From: Monocercomonoides exilis PA203
Lineage: Eukaryota > Protista > Preaxostyla
Length of the DNA: 64,000 nt
Assembly: GCA_001643675.2 (NCBI GenBank)
Contig: LSRY02000044.1
Coordinates: 372,001-436,000 of the forward strand
Direction: 5' to 3'
The notes below the pieces were generated by a model that was given only the letters and a program-made list of their open reading frames with translations, was not told the origin of the DNA and ran no database searches. The position numbers and the translations under genes are program-made. This document shows positions 1-11,100 of the stretch, one piece after another. Position 1 is the stretch's first letter; the number at the start of each line of letters is the position of its first letter.

Positions 1-201
1 AAAACAGATAAAAAAATAAAATCCAAAAAAACAAAGAATACATATATATCACCCTTTTTTTCAGGGCAACCACTGGTAATGCAGCTGCTCTGATATTTCC
101 ATTCCACCAACAAAACACTTATTCAAAGCAACCTCATCCATATTTATTCATCCATATTTCCTTCATTTCCTCTTTCTGCTCGCCTTCATTCCCATTCCAA
201 A

Positions 202-3200
202 CTATTTCAAACTGCAACTGCTGCTGGTGCTTCCCTCATCTTTATCATCCTCATTATTCTCATTATCCTGCCCATTCGCTTCGCAATACATCAACGACTG
301 AATCGCAACTGCATCCGAAACTGTCATGACAACCGCTTCTTTCGGAAAGCGCCCAAGAAACTCCCGCTTCAAATCTCCCAATGTCGGCCGCAGCCCTGCC
401 TCACCCGACAGGCACTCCTTCACCACCTCTTCAAGGCTCGACTGCTCTTCCCCCATCCTCGGCCTCTCCCCACGAACAATCTTGTCTCCTGCAATCGCTG
501 CCTCATACTCCCCAAACGGAATCTCCAGCGTCAGAATCTCCCACAGCATCATCCCAATCGAGAATGCCACTGAGCTCTTTGTTGCTCCCATCTTCCTGTT
601 CATCTGCAGCTCTGGTGCCTTCCACCTCATACACTCCTTCCAGTTGTCTGGCTCATCCTCAAACGCTGATGAGGGCAGAGAGTCACTATCATCATCATCT
701 TCATCATCATCATCACTTTCAGATGTCACAACAGTTGAGGAAGATATGGAGGATGAGTCTGAGTCATCATCTGACGAGCAGTCCGAATGCATCACAATAC
801 AGATCACCATGTGTTCTGAGAATAGAACAATGTGCGGACTCAGATTGGAAAGAGAGGAAAGCGATACTTCCATTTCGTCAAATGAATGAAGTGCAAGATT
901 AGCCACCCAGAACAGGATCTGGGCAGCTGTTTGCTCTCTTTGCTGAAGAGTGCCAATCGCCATCTCTTTCTTCTCATTCCTTCCATGCAGCAGCATGAAC
1001 AATGAATCCCTCAAGTCCACAATCAGCTTCTCATGAGGAGATGAACAGGCCATTGCATCCACCAGATTCGACATCGATGAGGTGGTCGGACACAGATCTT
1101 CCCCTCGAACAAACGTGGTTTCTGTGTCTGTGGATGAGATGGATGGAGATGGTATTCTCTTCCTCATCTCTTCTTCTTCTTCTTTCTCCAATGCCCATTC
1201 AGGAATCTTGTCTGAATCCTTTCCAAGAATATATTCTGTCGATCCACTTTCAGACAACAAATACTCTGATGATTCCGAGTGTGCCATCGTCTTCACAAAC
1301 ACTCTCTTCTTTGCGTTCTCTTCGTTCTTCTTCTCTTCTCTCCTCCACTGCGCCTCTGGTGACATCTCCATCGTCACCATCTCAAACGCCTTCGGATCCT
1401 TCTTGATGTTGTCATTCACAATCTCTCTCAGATCTTTGTTCTCATTTTTCGCTTTTCTCCATCGAATGGCCAGAACAATGGATGCAATCAGTACAACCAA
1501 TAATATCACGACCAACACAATCACAATCAACAACCAATAAGATTTCCCTTCTTTTCCTCCTTCAACAATTCTTTCATTTCCATTCGCCTGACTTTCACTT
1601 GCATTCTTCAGAATGAATGAATTTGTTGATGAAGGAGATTCTGCATTTCCAAACAAAATATGCACACTCACCTCAACATCATTTCCACAACTGCTGATGA
1701 GATCTTTTCCCACACTCCCTTCAACTTCTCTTTCTGACAAAAACCCATTTGAATCAAAATTATAATGATCAATCTCTTTCTCCTCTCCTTTTCTCTTCAC
1801 AACTGAGAATGACAGATTGCATGGAGCAAGAAGCATTCCTTTGAATGTCAGCTCCATTCTATCTGTCTCCTCTTTTGCTTCCACACTCTCCAGAACAGGA
1901 ATGAAGAATGATGAATCTCTCTCTGAAGCAATCCCTTCAAAATTGCACCCTTCATTCAACATCCAAAGTGATGTATTTCTTTCCCATCCATCTCCTCCTT
2001 TCAAACTCATCGCATTCAATGTTCCAGAATTAGAACAGATGATATTTCTTCTCAGTGATGGATATCCTTCAATTGAGGGATTGTTGTTCTCAAATCTTCC
2101 ATCATTAACAGTTATTGTCCCTCCACTCATTGTTATTCCACCTTTTGGTGAATTCGAGATTGTTGTATCTTTCGTCAAAACAGAACTCTTCACAACATCC
2201 ATAAGTGATCCATCCCATCTGCACATCTCTTCTTCCACATTCAAATCATGTTCGTCTCTTTCCTTTGAATTCCCATCAAAAATGCAACTGTCCATTTTCA
2301 CATCCAAACAATCCTCCAATTTCATCAATTTTCCTTTTGCGGTGTTTGAACTGACTCCACCAATTGTGCAATTTGTCAACTGAATTGTCTTTTTCATTGA
2401 CAGGCAACATATCAATAATTCTTCATTTCCCTCAACTGTGATATTTTCTGTGTAAAACTTTTCCATGTTTAATTGTCCACATTCATTAATATCTATCAGA
2501 GAAGTTTTAATTGTTGAATTGAATATCTCAAACAAATAAATCACTGATGAAAGTGATGATGATAGAGATAATGCTGATTCATGAAGAATGAGATTTGATA
2601 TTGCGCATCCATCAAGTTGTAATTCTCCTTTTTCCATATTAATGATGTGAAATGGAATGTTTGCAAATTCTATATTTCCTTCTCCAGTTGATTGTTTTGA
2701 GGTGAATGAACAATTTATTATCTCAAGAATCCCTCCCTCTGGTGATATCAATGATTCATGTTGAGAAATGAAATTCGAATCAAACACAAAATTCACTCTC
2801 ACCAACGAGACTGTTCCTGTTGTTGTTACCAATGTCTCTCTCATTCTTTCAATGTTTGATTTCACTTCAACTTCACACATCTCCCTGCTCTTCGAACTCA
2901 GACTCATTTCCTTCAAATTTATTTCTCTTCCAATCACACTCTCTGTGTCAACATACAATAGACTCACATAATCAGATGTCAGATGCACCAGCCCATGCTC
3001 AATTGAATCACATGGAAGTGTGTTTGTTCCACACTGTTTATCATTCGATCCATTCACACTGCTCACAATGATTGTGTCACTCTGATGGATCGTAATAAAT
3101 CCAATAAGATCTGTGTCACCTGGATAATCACAACTATCAATTCCATAAATTGCATTGTAACGCGTATAATGACCTTCTCGAAGATCAAACTGAAATTGAC

Positions 3201-6200
3201 TTTCATTGATCTGTGATGTGATGTTGAAACATTCAATGAAAATGTCATTCCCCACTCTTGCTGTATTTGAACTGAATTTCATTCCCATAAATGTGAAATT
3301 CAAATCCCCTCTTTCTTTTGTAACCAGATACACTCCTCCTCCTCTCCCTGAACTAAAACTGCAGCTGCATTGGCTGATTGTTGAGTCAATCATCTTCATT
3401 GATCCTGATGCACCCAATGTGAAGAATATTGCCCCTCCTTTTTCACTTGTTTCTGCTTTGTCTTCTGTGATGTTGCTCTCATTCACAACAAAACAAATCT
3501 TGTTCTCACTCTTCGACTCCAAAATGCTCGCTCCATTGCTACTTCTCTTCACTCCTGAAAATGACGAATTATCAATGTTAAGACTCATTTCTTCACCCGC
3601 TTCATTTATCTTTGTTGTTGATTCAGATCCTTTGATCAGAAGAAAACATCCTCCACTTTCATTCAACGATTCCACTCGAACATTCCTCAACTGGCAAGAA
3701 ACTCCAACATCATGAATGACAAATATGCTGTTTCCAGCATTGCATGATTCCATCGACAAATCATTCACATCCACACTGCCTCCAATCACATCCACAAACA
3801 CACAATCAAATCCATTGTTCACTCTTGCCTCTGAATGGAATGAACATCCAGTAATCACCAATTCTCCTCCTTTGTTTGAAATAATCGTTTTGGCTGAGTT
3901 GTCAAATCCAGTTGACAGTCGAAGTTGGATATTCGTCAATTCAAGATGATCATCATTTTCCATGAAATATTCCAGTTGACTTCCAACTGCCTTTTCAAAA
4001 TTCAATATTGCTTTTGTATCTTCCTCTCCCATCTTTACGCCCTTTTTGATCTGATAATTGGAAATATTGAATGGATCTCGAATTGTTGTTGATCCTTCAA
4101 TTTGAATTGTTTTCTTTCCATTCTCCTTTTCCATGTTTTCCATCCCTTTCCACATTGTTTTGCACGGTTCTTCTTCACTTCCACATCTTGCAACATCAAA
4201 TCCTTCTGATGAGATAAATATCTCAAATGAGCTGTATGGAATCAGAAACATGAATAAATCTTTGTTTGAATGAAAATCATCACTCCCCACAAACAGAGTT
4301 TTATCATTTATCATTGATGAGTAATCAAATTTGAATGAGTCATTTGTCACAGAAGAATTAAAACCCTTTCCCAAAATGAACATGTTCTTTCCAAATTCTG
4401 CCTCATTCCCATCAAATACAAGTGTTTCTGATAACTCAAACATAGCATCTGCATCCGCCAATGAAAAGAACATTCCTCCTCCACATCCACTGCACTTGCA
4501 CTGATTAAATGTTGTTGTTCCTCCGCTGCGTGATGTTGAATCTCCAATAAGAATCTTGCTCGATATTCCCTCCAATACAACCTTTATCCCTCCTCCATCT
4601 CCATTCAAACACTCACACCCTTTTATTGTTGTGTTCCACACCACAAATGTTTCTCCTTCCTTCACGCTTTTTGCCATCACCACACCATCTCCTTCTGTAC
4701 GATTCACATTTCGAACTGTCACATTCCCAAGCAAACTTTCTCCTGATGCCGATCCTGTTGATAATGGTTCAGAGAACAAAGGTTGACTCATTTTCAAATT
4801 TTTGATCTCAACATCAATCATCTTCAACTGCCTCAGCGCCACTTCAAACACAGATGACGAGATTCCACTTCCTCCTGATGTCGAAGAGTCGATCACCACA
4901 TCCACCAGCGAAAGAGTCCCGCTCCCCAGTGACACCACAAACACACTCGGCGATGAGCTTCTCATTGAGTTGTGATCGATCCCCACATGCCCCACCTCCA
5001 GTTGGCCAGTAGATATGCGAAACAGCGTTGTTGAAGAGGTTGAAAGAGAATTCGTCCCAATCACACTCACTGTCTTCCCTCTCCCTGTTATTGTTATCTT
5101 CTTTTCCCCAACACTGATTGTCGCCCCTTCACTTACATGCCTTCCACCAAGCACTGTGATTGTCGAGCTCAGCTGCGCCATGCTCGACCCCACTGCATGC
5201 CCCACGGTCTTGCAAGGTGCTGACTCACTCGTCCCACACAGATTGCTCGTGTCATTCCCACTCACTCCAACAAATAATAAATACCCCTCCTTCAGCCACT
5301 CCTTCTTTTCTGTAAGCTGAAACATCAAATATCCGTCAGAATAACACACTCTCTTCACGTCAGTATTCGTTGTGTAAGATTCATAGAATGGGCTGTTCAA
5401 TGAAAAAAGAATCTTAGCATCTTGAAAATACATATCATGACCAAATGGAGTGGAAGTGGTTGTGCATCTGCAATAGTGGAAGAAGAAGAAATAACAATAA
5501 AGGTTGTTGGTCGGAGCTGTTGATTGAGATAGTTCAAAATCCAATCCTCCGCCAACTGATACTGCTGAGCACAAAATAAATTGGAGGCTCCTCATTTTGA
5601 ATGCGTCCGGAACGGTAATACAACTCAACCCTCCGCCTCTTGAACCTGTAAGCGAGCATAAAGTGAATGAGCACTCAAACACACAAGCGCTCTCCCCTTT
5701 TCCACTTTCCGTTCCAATACAGGCAGATCCAGAAACATTAAAATTACTAAGATAAAGTCCTCCTCCATAGTTATTTGCTTTGCAACCCTGAAATTCACAG
5801 CCGCCGATCCTGACACACAAAGAAATCGAATAAATGTCAATTCCTCCGCCTTCGTGGTTCTGTGCTGTGCAACCGTTGAACGAAGTATTCTCGACCGTAA
5901 TGGAATATATTTCATATGCTGTTATTGCTCCTCCACCATGATACGCATAGCAGTCGTTGAACGAGCAATGTTTTACAGAAAGTGTTCCTGATGACAGACT
6001 ATACAAGTATATTGCCCCTCCATTTGAATCTCCATAAGAACTGCCTGGGTTTGTCCCGGTTGTATTTGACCCGTTCCACTCGCACCAGGTGAACGAATTC
6101 GCCCCATCGTCTGCTATCTGCTGTCTCCCTGGTTTCGATGGATCCCCCTCGCTCCCGCTGACTGCAACATTCCCTGATCGATAGCACCTGGCAAACGAGG

Positions 6201-7131
6201 TGTTCGAGGCAGCCAAGGATGATGAGGGGCTGTTGAGCGAGGGGACAATCCCTCCATCATACACATCCCACACCGATACAAATTCACACCCACTCATCAG
6301 AAATGATGTTTGGCCCAGCCCTTCACCCTGATGTGTTGTTTTCTGTGGATTTGTGGAGATGTTGAAGAATTCCAATTGGGAAAGAGAAACAAAGTGCGAT
6401 GAGATGAATGGAGCTGAAGACACACAAAAAGATGAGAAATGAGAAGAACAAACAGAAATGTGGCATTTCTCTGGAATCTCTCCATCCACTGCTTTTGAAG
6501 AGAAAAGTGGAGGGAATATCTGTTCAGTCGAGGTTGAAGATGATCTGAGTGAAATGTTGGTGAACAATCCACAGCTCCCATCAAAATAAAATGGCGAAAT
6601 CTCTTCGAGCACAGCAACCCAGCACCCGCAAATCACCACCTTGCTCCCCTTTTCAGCCCAAATAACATTTCTGTTCCCGCTCGTTTGCAGCCCCAATCCA
6701 CTCCATGTTGCCGAAGAATTCTTCAATCTCCAGCATCCTTCTATTTCGCTCCCTTCTACCCCAAAAACGCCATTTCTGCCGCTTCCTCTGGTTGCATATG
6801 CCGAGTTATTATTTATCTCGCGTTTTCTTCCATTTTCTTTTCCGTCAGTTTCTTTCTCTTCATTGGGCTTTTCTTCATCAAAATCTTTCAATCCATTCGT
6901 TTTTTCATTTTCTTCTTCATTTTCTCTCCTTGCCCTCGTATCCACATATATATTGTTCGCATGCACTTCCCCAATAATTGTGCTCACCCCCTTGTGTGCT
7001 CCTGCAGGAATCATTTCAGTCTTTTCCCTCACTTTGCCCAACTTCCACTCCTCTCCCCATGCACCCCATCCTCCTTCCTGCAAGCACAATTCCGCTGCTA
7101 GCGCCGCAATACCCAATGCTATGATGCTCAT
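202..7131 (-). CDS. Large type-I membrane protein with a Pmp/pectin-lyase-like beta-helix ectodomain, one TM helix and a degenerate protein-kinase-like C-terminus (left copy, intact ORF)
   Basis: ORF 202..7338; likely Met at 7131 (MSIIALGIAALAAELC, signal-like). Repeated GGAI/GGGI(Y) motifs, three GxD..CG....PC.(T/S) cap motifs, TM YWLLIVIVLVVILLVVLIASIVLAIRW, and kinase C-lobe motifs RWKAPE, FSIGMMLWEILTLEIPF and CL.....RPT. Confidence 0.85.
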   Translation of the reverse strand: MSIIALGIAALAAELCLQEGGWGAWGEEWKLGKVREKTEMIPAGAHKGVSTIIGEVHANNIYVDTRARRENEEENEKTNGLKDFDEEKPNEEKETDGKENGRKREINNNSAYATRGSGRNGVFGVEGSEIEGCWRLKNSSATWSGLGLQTSGNRNVIWAEKGSKVVICGCWVAVLEEISPFYFDGSCGLFTNISLRSSSTSTEQIFPPLFSSKAVDGEIPEKCHISVCSSHFSSFCVSSAPFISSHFVSLSQLEFFNISTNPQKTTHQGEGLGQTSFLMSGCEFVSVWDVYDGGIVPSLNSPSSSLAASNTSFARCYRSGNVAVSGSEGDPSKPGRQQIADDGANSFTWCEWNGSNTTGTNPGSSYGDSNGGAIYLYSLSSGTLSVKHCSFNDCYAYHGGGAITAYEIYSITVENTSFNGCTAQNHEGGGIDIYSISLCVRIGGCEFQGCKANNYGGGLYLSNFNVSGSACIGTESGKGESACVFECSFTLCSLTGSRGGGLSCITVPDAFKMRSLQFILCSAVSVGGGLDFELSQSTAPTNNLYCYFFFFHYCRCTTTSTPFGHDMYFQDAKILFSLNSPFYESYTTNTDVKRVCYSDGYLMFQLTEKKEWLKEGYLLFVGVSGNDTSNLCGTSESAPCKTVGHAVGSSMAQLSSTITVLGGRHVSEGATISVGEKKITITGRGKTVSVIGTNSLSTSSTTLFRISTGQLEVGHVGIDHNSMRSSSPSVFVVSLGSGTLSLVDVVIDSSTSGGSGISSSVFEVALRQLKMIDVEIKNLKMSQPLFSEPLSTGSASGESLLGNVTVRNVNRTEGDGVVMAKSVKEGETFVVWNTTIKGCECLNGDGGGIKVVLEGISSKILIGDSTSRSGGTTTFNQCKCSGCGGGMFFSLADADAMFELSETLVFDGNEAEFGKNMFILGKGFNSSVTNDSFKFDYSSMINDKTLFVGSDDFHSNKDLFMFLIPYSSFEIFISSEGFDVARCGSEEEPCKTMWKGMENMEKENGKKTIQIEGSTTIRDPFNISNYQIKKGVKMGEEDTKAILNFEKAVGSQLEYFMENDDHLELTNIQLRLSTGFDNSAKTIISNKGGELVITGCSFHSEARVNNGFDCVFVDVIGGSVDVNDLSMESCNAGNSIFVIHDVGVSCQLRNVRVESLNESGGCFLLIKGSESTTKINEAGEEMSLNIDNSSFSGVKRSSNGASILESKSENKICFVVNESNITEDKAETSEKGGAIFFTLGASGSMKMIDSTISQCSCSFSSGRGGGVYLVTKERGDLNFTFMGMKFSSNTARVGNDIFIECFNITSQINESQFQFDLREGHYTRYNAIYGIDSCDYPGDTDLIGFITIHQSDTIIVSSVNGSNDKQCGTNTLPCDSIEHGLVHLTSDYVSLLYVDTESVIGREINLKEMSLSSKSREMCEVEVKSNIERMRETLVTTTGTVSLVRVNFVFDSNFISQHESLISPEGGILEIINCSFTSKQSTGEGNIEFANIPFHIINMEKGELQLDGCAISNLILHESALSLSSSLSSVIYLFEIFNSTIKTSLIDINECGQLNMEKFYTENITVEGNEELLICCLSMKKTIQLTNCTIGGVSSNTAKGKLMKLEDCLDVKMDSCIFDGNSKERDEHDLNVEEEMCRWDGSLMDVVKSSVLTKDTTISNSPKGGITMSGGTITVNDGRFENNNPSIEGYPSLRRNIICSNSGTLNAMSLKGGDGWERNTSLWMLNEGCNFEGIASERDSSFFIPVLESVEAKEETDRMELTFKGMLLAPCNLSFSVVKRKGEEKEIDHYNFDSNGFLSEREVEGSVGKDLISSCGNDVEVSVHILFGNAESPSSTNSFILKNASESQANGNERIVEGGKEGKSYWLLIVIVLVVILLVVLIASIVLAIRWRKAKNENKDLREIVNDNIKKDPKAFEMVTMEMSPEAQWRREEKKNEENAKKRVFVKTMAHSESSEYLLSESGSTEYILGKDSDKIPEWALEKEEEEEMRKRIPSPSISSTDTETTFVRGEDLCPTTSSMSNLVDAMACSSPHEKLIVDLRDSLFMLLHGRNEKKEMAIGTLQQREQTAAQILFWVANLALHSFDEMEVSLSSLSNLSPHIVLFSEHMVICIVMHSDCSSDDDSDSSSISSSTVVTSESDDDDEDDDDSDSLPSSAFEDEPDNWKECMRWKAPELQMNRKMGATKSSVAFSIGMMLWEILTLEIPFGEYEAAIAGDKIVRGERPRMGEEQSSLEEVVKECLSGEAGLRPTLGDLKREFLGRFPKEAVVMTVSDAVAIQSLMYCEANGQDNENNEDDKDEGSTSSSCSLK

Positions 7132-8181
7132 CGCTGTATCAGCGTCAATTCCCCGATTTTTGTTTTCGCGATCTTTTTTGGTTATTATGCAAATGTGGAT
7201 CCTCATGATTGCCCTTATGGGCTGTTCATCATTTAAAACGCGAATATCGAGGCAAATATGGAGGAGCAAGAGTTCAGCTGATTGGAGGGAGGGAAAAAAG
7301 ATGAATGCTGCATTCCAGGAAGGATTGCTATTTTTCAAGTATTTGAGGAAAACAGAGGGACAGATAATTGTTCAAACGAAATCAAGAAATGACTTCAATT
7401 TGGATGAAGATGGGGGAAACAGCGCAATGGAGGAGAATTGCAGCGCAAGTGCAATGCAGCTTATGAAATGGCCAATGGATGCTTATTGGAGTTCTTTTGC
7501 GAGTTTTATTCATCTGAAAGGATTTGAAGCCTTGTGCCTCGCAAACCGAGCTGGAAGAATGAGTCTTTTTTTGATTCCTATATTTCGATTTATTAATTGC
7601 ATTGGGATGTTGGACAGTGTTTTTGGTTGATATTGGCGTGTTTGGTCGTATTTTATGTTTTTACTCATCCCTGGCCCTTCTGAACAGAAGGAGCCTTTCC
7701 AAAAGGCGCACATGCAGCGGTGCAGAAAGAGCAGTTTTTTTCGTGTTTTTTGATGCGAACTTCTTCAGAAAAAAGGAAAAGAAAAAAAAAGCATCTGCAG
7801 CGAGGAAGAAAATGCACAGCTGAGCATGTCAGGAAGCGTGTTTTTGTGGCTTTTCTTTTTTTGTTCATATGTATTTTTGAAGCAGAAAAAACAAGCAAAA
7901 GAAAAAATACAAGCAATAATAAAGTTCTTTTTTTTTTTTCCCCACTTTGGATGGCTGCCTTTGAGCAAGTCCCAGAAGAATCAGCGCACGATGACGCATC
8001 TGCTCCTCTCCCTCTCTCTCTCTCTCTCACTTCGTCCAGCAAATGGCCGGTGACACTTCAGAAAGGCCATGCTTCGGAAGGGGTGCATGCAACACCCAGA
8101 GAGCAAGCATCGCCACACGCTCTGGCATTCCCTCCTTCTGCGTGTGCATGTGTGTGCGTGCAACACCACGTTCATTCATCC

Positions 8182-11100
8182 TCAGTCTGGCCATCCGAAG
8201 TGGAAGGCACGCGCAGCAGCAGACGCCCTGCCCATCTGCCCCAGCTGGCTCTGCAGCTCCCGCACACGCCCCAGCACCGCTGCATTCTCCTCCGCCTCCT
8301 TCCCTCCTCTGCACGCCCCTGCCTGCAGCAGCCCCAGGATCTCCCGCTCCAGCTCCTCTGCCCGCGCCACATCTGCGTCTGCCCCGTCCAGCACCTTCAC
8401 CATCCCTGCCATCCCCGCCTCTCCGCCTCCTCCCCGCCTCTCCCTGCCTCCGTCCCTCCCATGCTCCATGCGGCTTCCTCCCTCCCTCGCCACCGCCTCC
8501 CAAAGGCACCCCCTGCTGCCCGAAAGCGGCTGCCACGCCCCACCTCCAAATACACACACCGCAGCACCCTCCGCCAACCCTCCCCACCACACACACCCTC
8601 GCACTCAGCCACAACCACTGGCACAACCCCTCCTCCTCCCTCCTTCCCTCCCACCCCCTTCTTCCTCTTTCTCACCACCTTCACATCCACAAGCCGATAC
8701 CTCCCTCCCTCTTCTCCCCTCCCTTCCCCAGCCCTTCCCTCCTCTCCCCCACACAGCACCTGCCCGCCCCAAACAGCCCCTGCCACTTCCCCTGAATCCG
8801 GCTCAGCACATCCGATGGCGGCTCAGAAGAAGGGGCAGATGCCAAGTCCTGCGCCTCTGCTTCCAGACCGAAGCACGGCCTCAGCGATGCCCGAAACACA
8901 AGCACTGCCGAGCCTTGTGCTGTCTCCTCCTTCTCCTCCTCCTCCTCCTCCGCATCCTCCGCATCCTCCTCTGCCAACCCTTTCCTTTCTCGCTCCACTG
9001 CCTTCGCTATCGCAGATCTCGCATCCACCGACCACACCCACACCTCCAGCGACGAGTCAACCCCAATCACCACACATCGCCTCCTTCTTCCTCCCTCTTC
9101 CTCGTTTTCCTCGTTTTCCTCCTCTTCCTCCTCTTCCATTGTCTGCACAGACACCCAGCACAGCCGGCCCATCACAAACGGAACACAGACACGGCACCCG
9201 CTCCACGTCGACACCACGTGCACCACGCTCCTCCCCTCCCCCATCTCCTCCTCCAGCTCCTCTGATCCTCCTCCCCCTCCAGCCCACTCGCCCAAGCACT
9301 CCGCCTCCCACCCTTCCCTCCCGCTCTCCGCCTCCCACCCTCCCGGCGTCACCACACACGCCACCTCCGAGTTCGCTGCCACATAGAATGGCGGCAGCAC
9401 AGGAAGCACGCTCCCTTTCCTCCCCCAACTGCCAATCCCCCAACTGCCAATCCTCCAATTGCCAATCCTGCAGCAGACACTTTTGCTCCCTTCTTTCCCC
9501 ATATCTGCCTCTGCTTCTGCCTCTGTTTCTTCTGGTGCTGATGGAGCACATGAAGAAACCACCCCATTCAAGCAGCTCGCCCATCCAGTGCCCCGCCACC
9601 CGCCATACCATTCCACCGGAATCTTCCAAAGACCCACCAGCGGAGCAGACACCACAGCACACGACAGCACACACACAACCACCCCAGGCCCTCCCTCCCC
9701 GCCGCTTTCCTTCCCCAACCCCTCCGCTCCCTCCGCTCCTCCCCTCCCTGCCCCGCCACAGTGCAGCCCCAATCGCAGCCGCAGCCCGATTCCTGTGGCT
9801 GGGAAGCGCCCCTTCACCACATCCTCCCACATCCCATTTCCACGCCCCGCCCTGCTCTCCCACCTCCCTTCCTCCATCCTCTCCTCGCTCTCCCCCTCTG
9901 CTCCCCCGCCCTTCTCCAGAAACCGGATCTGCGGATTCAGCCCCAGCACAGCCTTCGCCACATCCGCAAAGCTCCCACACTCTCTCCCCACCTCCACCAC
10001 CACCTCTCCCACACACACCTTCTCTGCTTCTGCCCCCAGCAAACCTTCCCCGCCTCTTCCTTTCCCTTCATTCCCTTCTGCATTGTCTGTCATTCCCTTT
10101 GTTGCTGTTGATGATATCTCCGAGTTCTCTGAAGATGAAGATGGTTCATCTGGCTGAGAAGCTCCTCTGCTGCCCTGTCCCTTCTGCCCCAACCCATCTC
10201 CCACTTCTTGCATCCCACCTGCTGGATGTGCCTGTGCAGATTGAGGAGCACACTCTGCCGTTGTCTGTGCTGATCTGTCGCTGTTTGCTCCATCTGTTTT
10301 TGTTTTGTCCTTGTCAACCTTGCCTCCTTGTCCATCCCCACATCCCTCGCTCCTCCCCTGCTGGCCCTGGCGCGCCAGCCATGCTCCTTTCGCATATCCC
10401 AGCACCCCGCCCTCTCCAAACAGCACACCCCCAGCCACATTCACAAGCGACGCCAGCTCCCCCATTTCTGCCTTCTGCGCCTCCACCTTCCCCGCCAGCC
10501 CGCCACACTCCTCCCGCAGCCGCTCCATCACCCGCTCCTGCTGCACATAATACCCCTGCCACACGTCCATCCCCCCGCTCCTTGTGCTGCCCTCCCTGCT
10601 TGTGCCCCTTCTGCCCCGTCCCCTGCTTCCCACTCACCCGCCGCACCAGCATCCCCCTCCCCACCGGCTCCACCACCCCGCTCCCCTCCACTTTCCACTC
10701 TTCTCCCTTCACCCTTTTCTCTCCCTCTCTCCCCCTTCCCTTCCCTTCAATCCTCCTCTTCCTCTTCCTCATCCTCATCATCTTCTCCTTCACCCTCATC
10801 GCTTCCTCCTCCATTTCCCTTTCTCATCTCCTTCCTCTTTCCCCTTCACTCTCCACACAACCTCCTCCTCTCCCCTTCTTTTCCCCCTCTTTTCCCTCTG
10901 CTCCTTCCTCTGCTTCTCCCTCCGCCTTCGCTCCTCACACCGCAGCTCCTCTGTCGCCTCTGACACCCCAATCCGCACCATCAGCTCAATCACCCGCCGA
11001 ATCTTCTCCTTCTCCTTCTCCTTCTCCCTCTCCCTCTGCTCCACACCCTCCCAGCTCCGCTCTTCCCTCAAATTTTTCTCCCCTGTACTTTTCTCCCTTG

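Noticed and set aside
7132-7338. 69-aa N-terminal extension of the receptor ORF
   Set aside because: It starts at a non-ATG codon, is frameshifted in the other arm, and precedes a signal-peptide-like Met.
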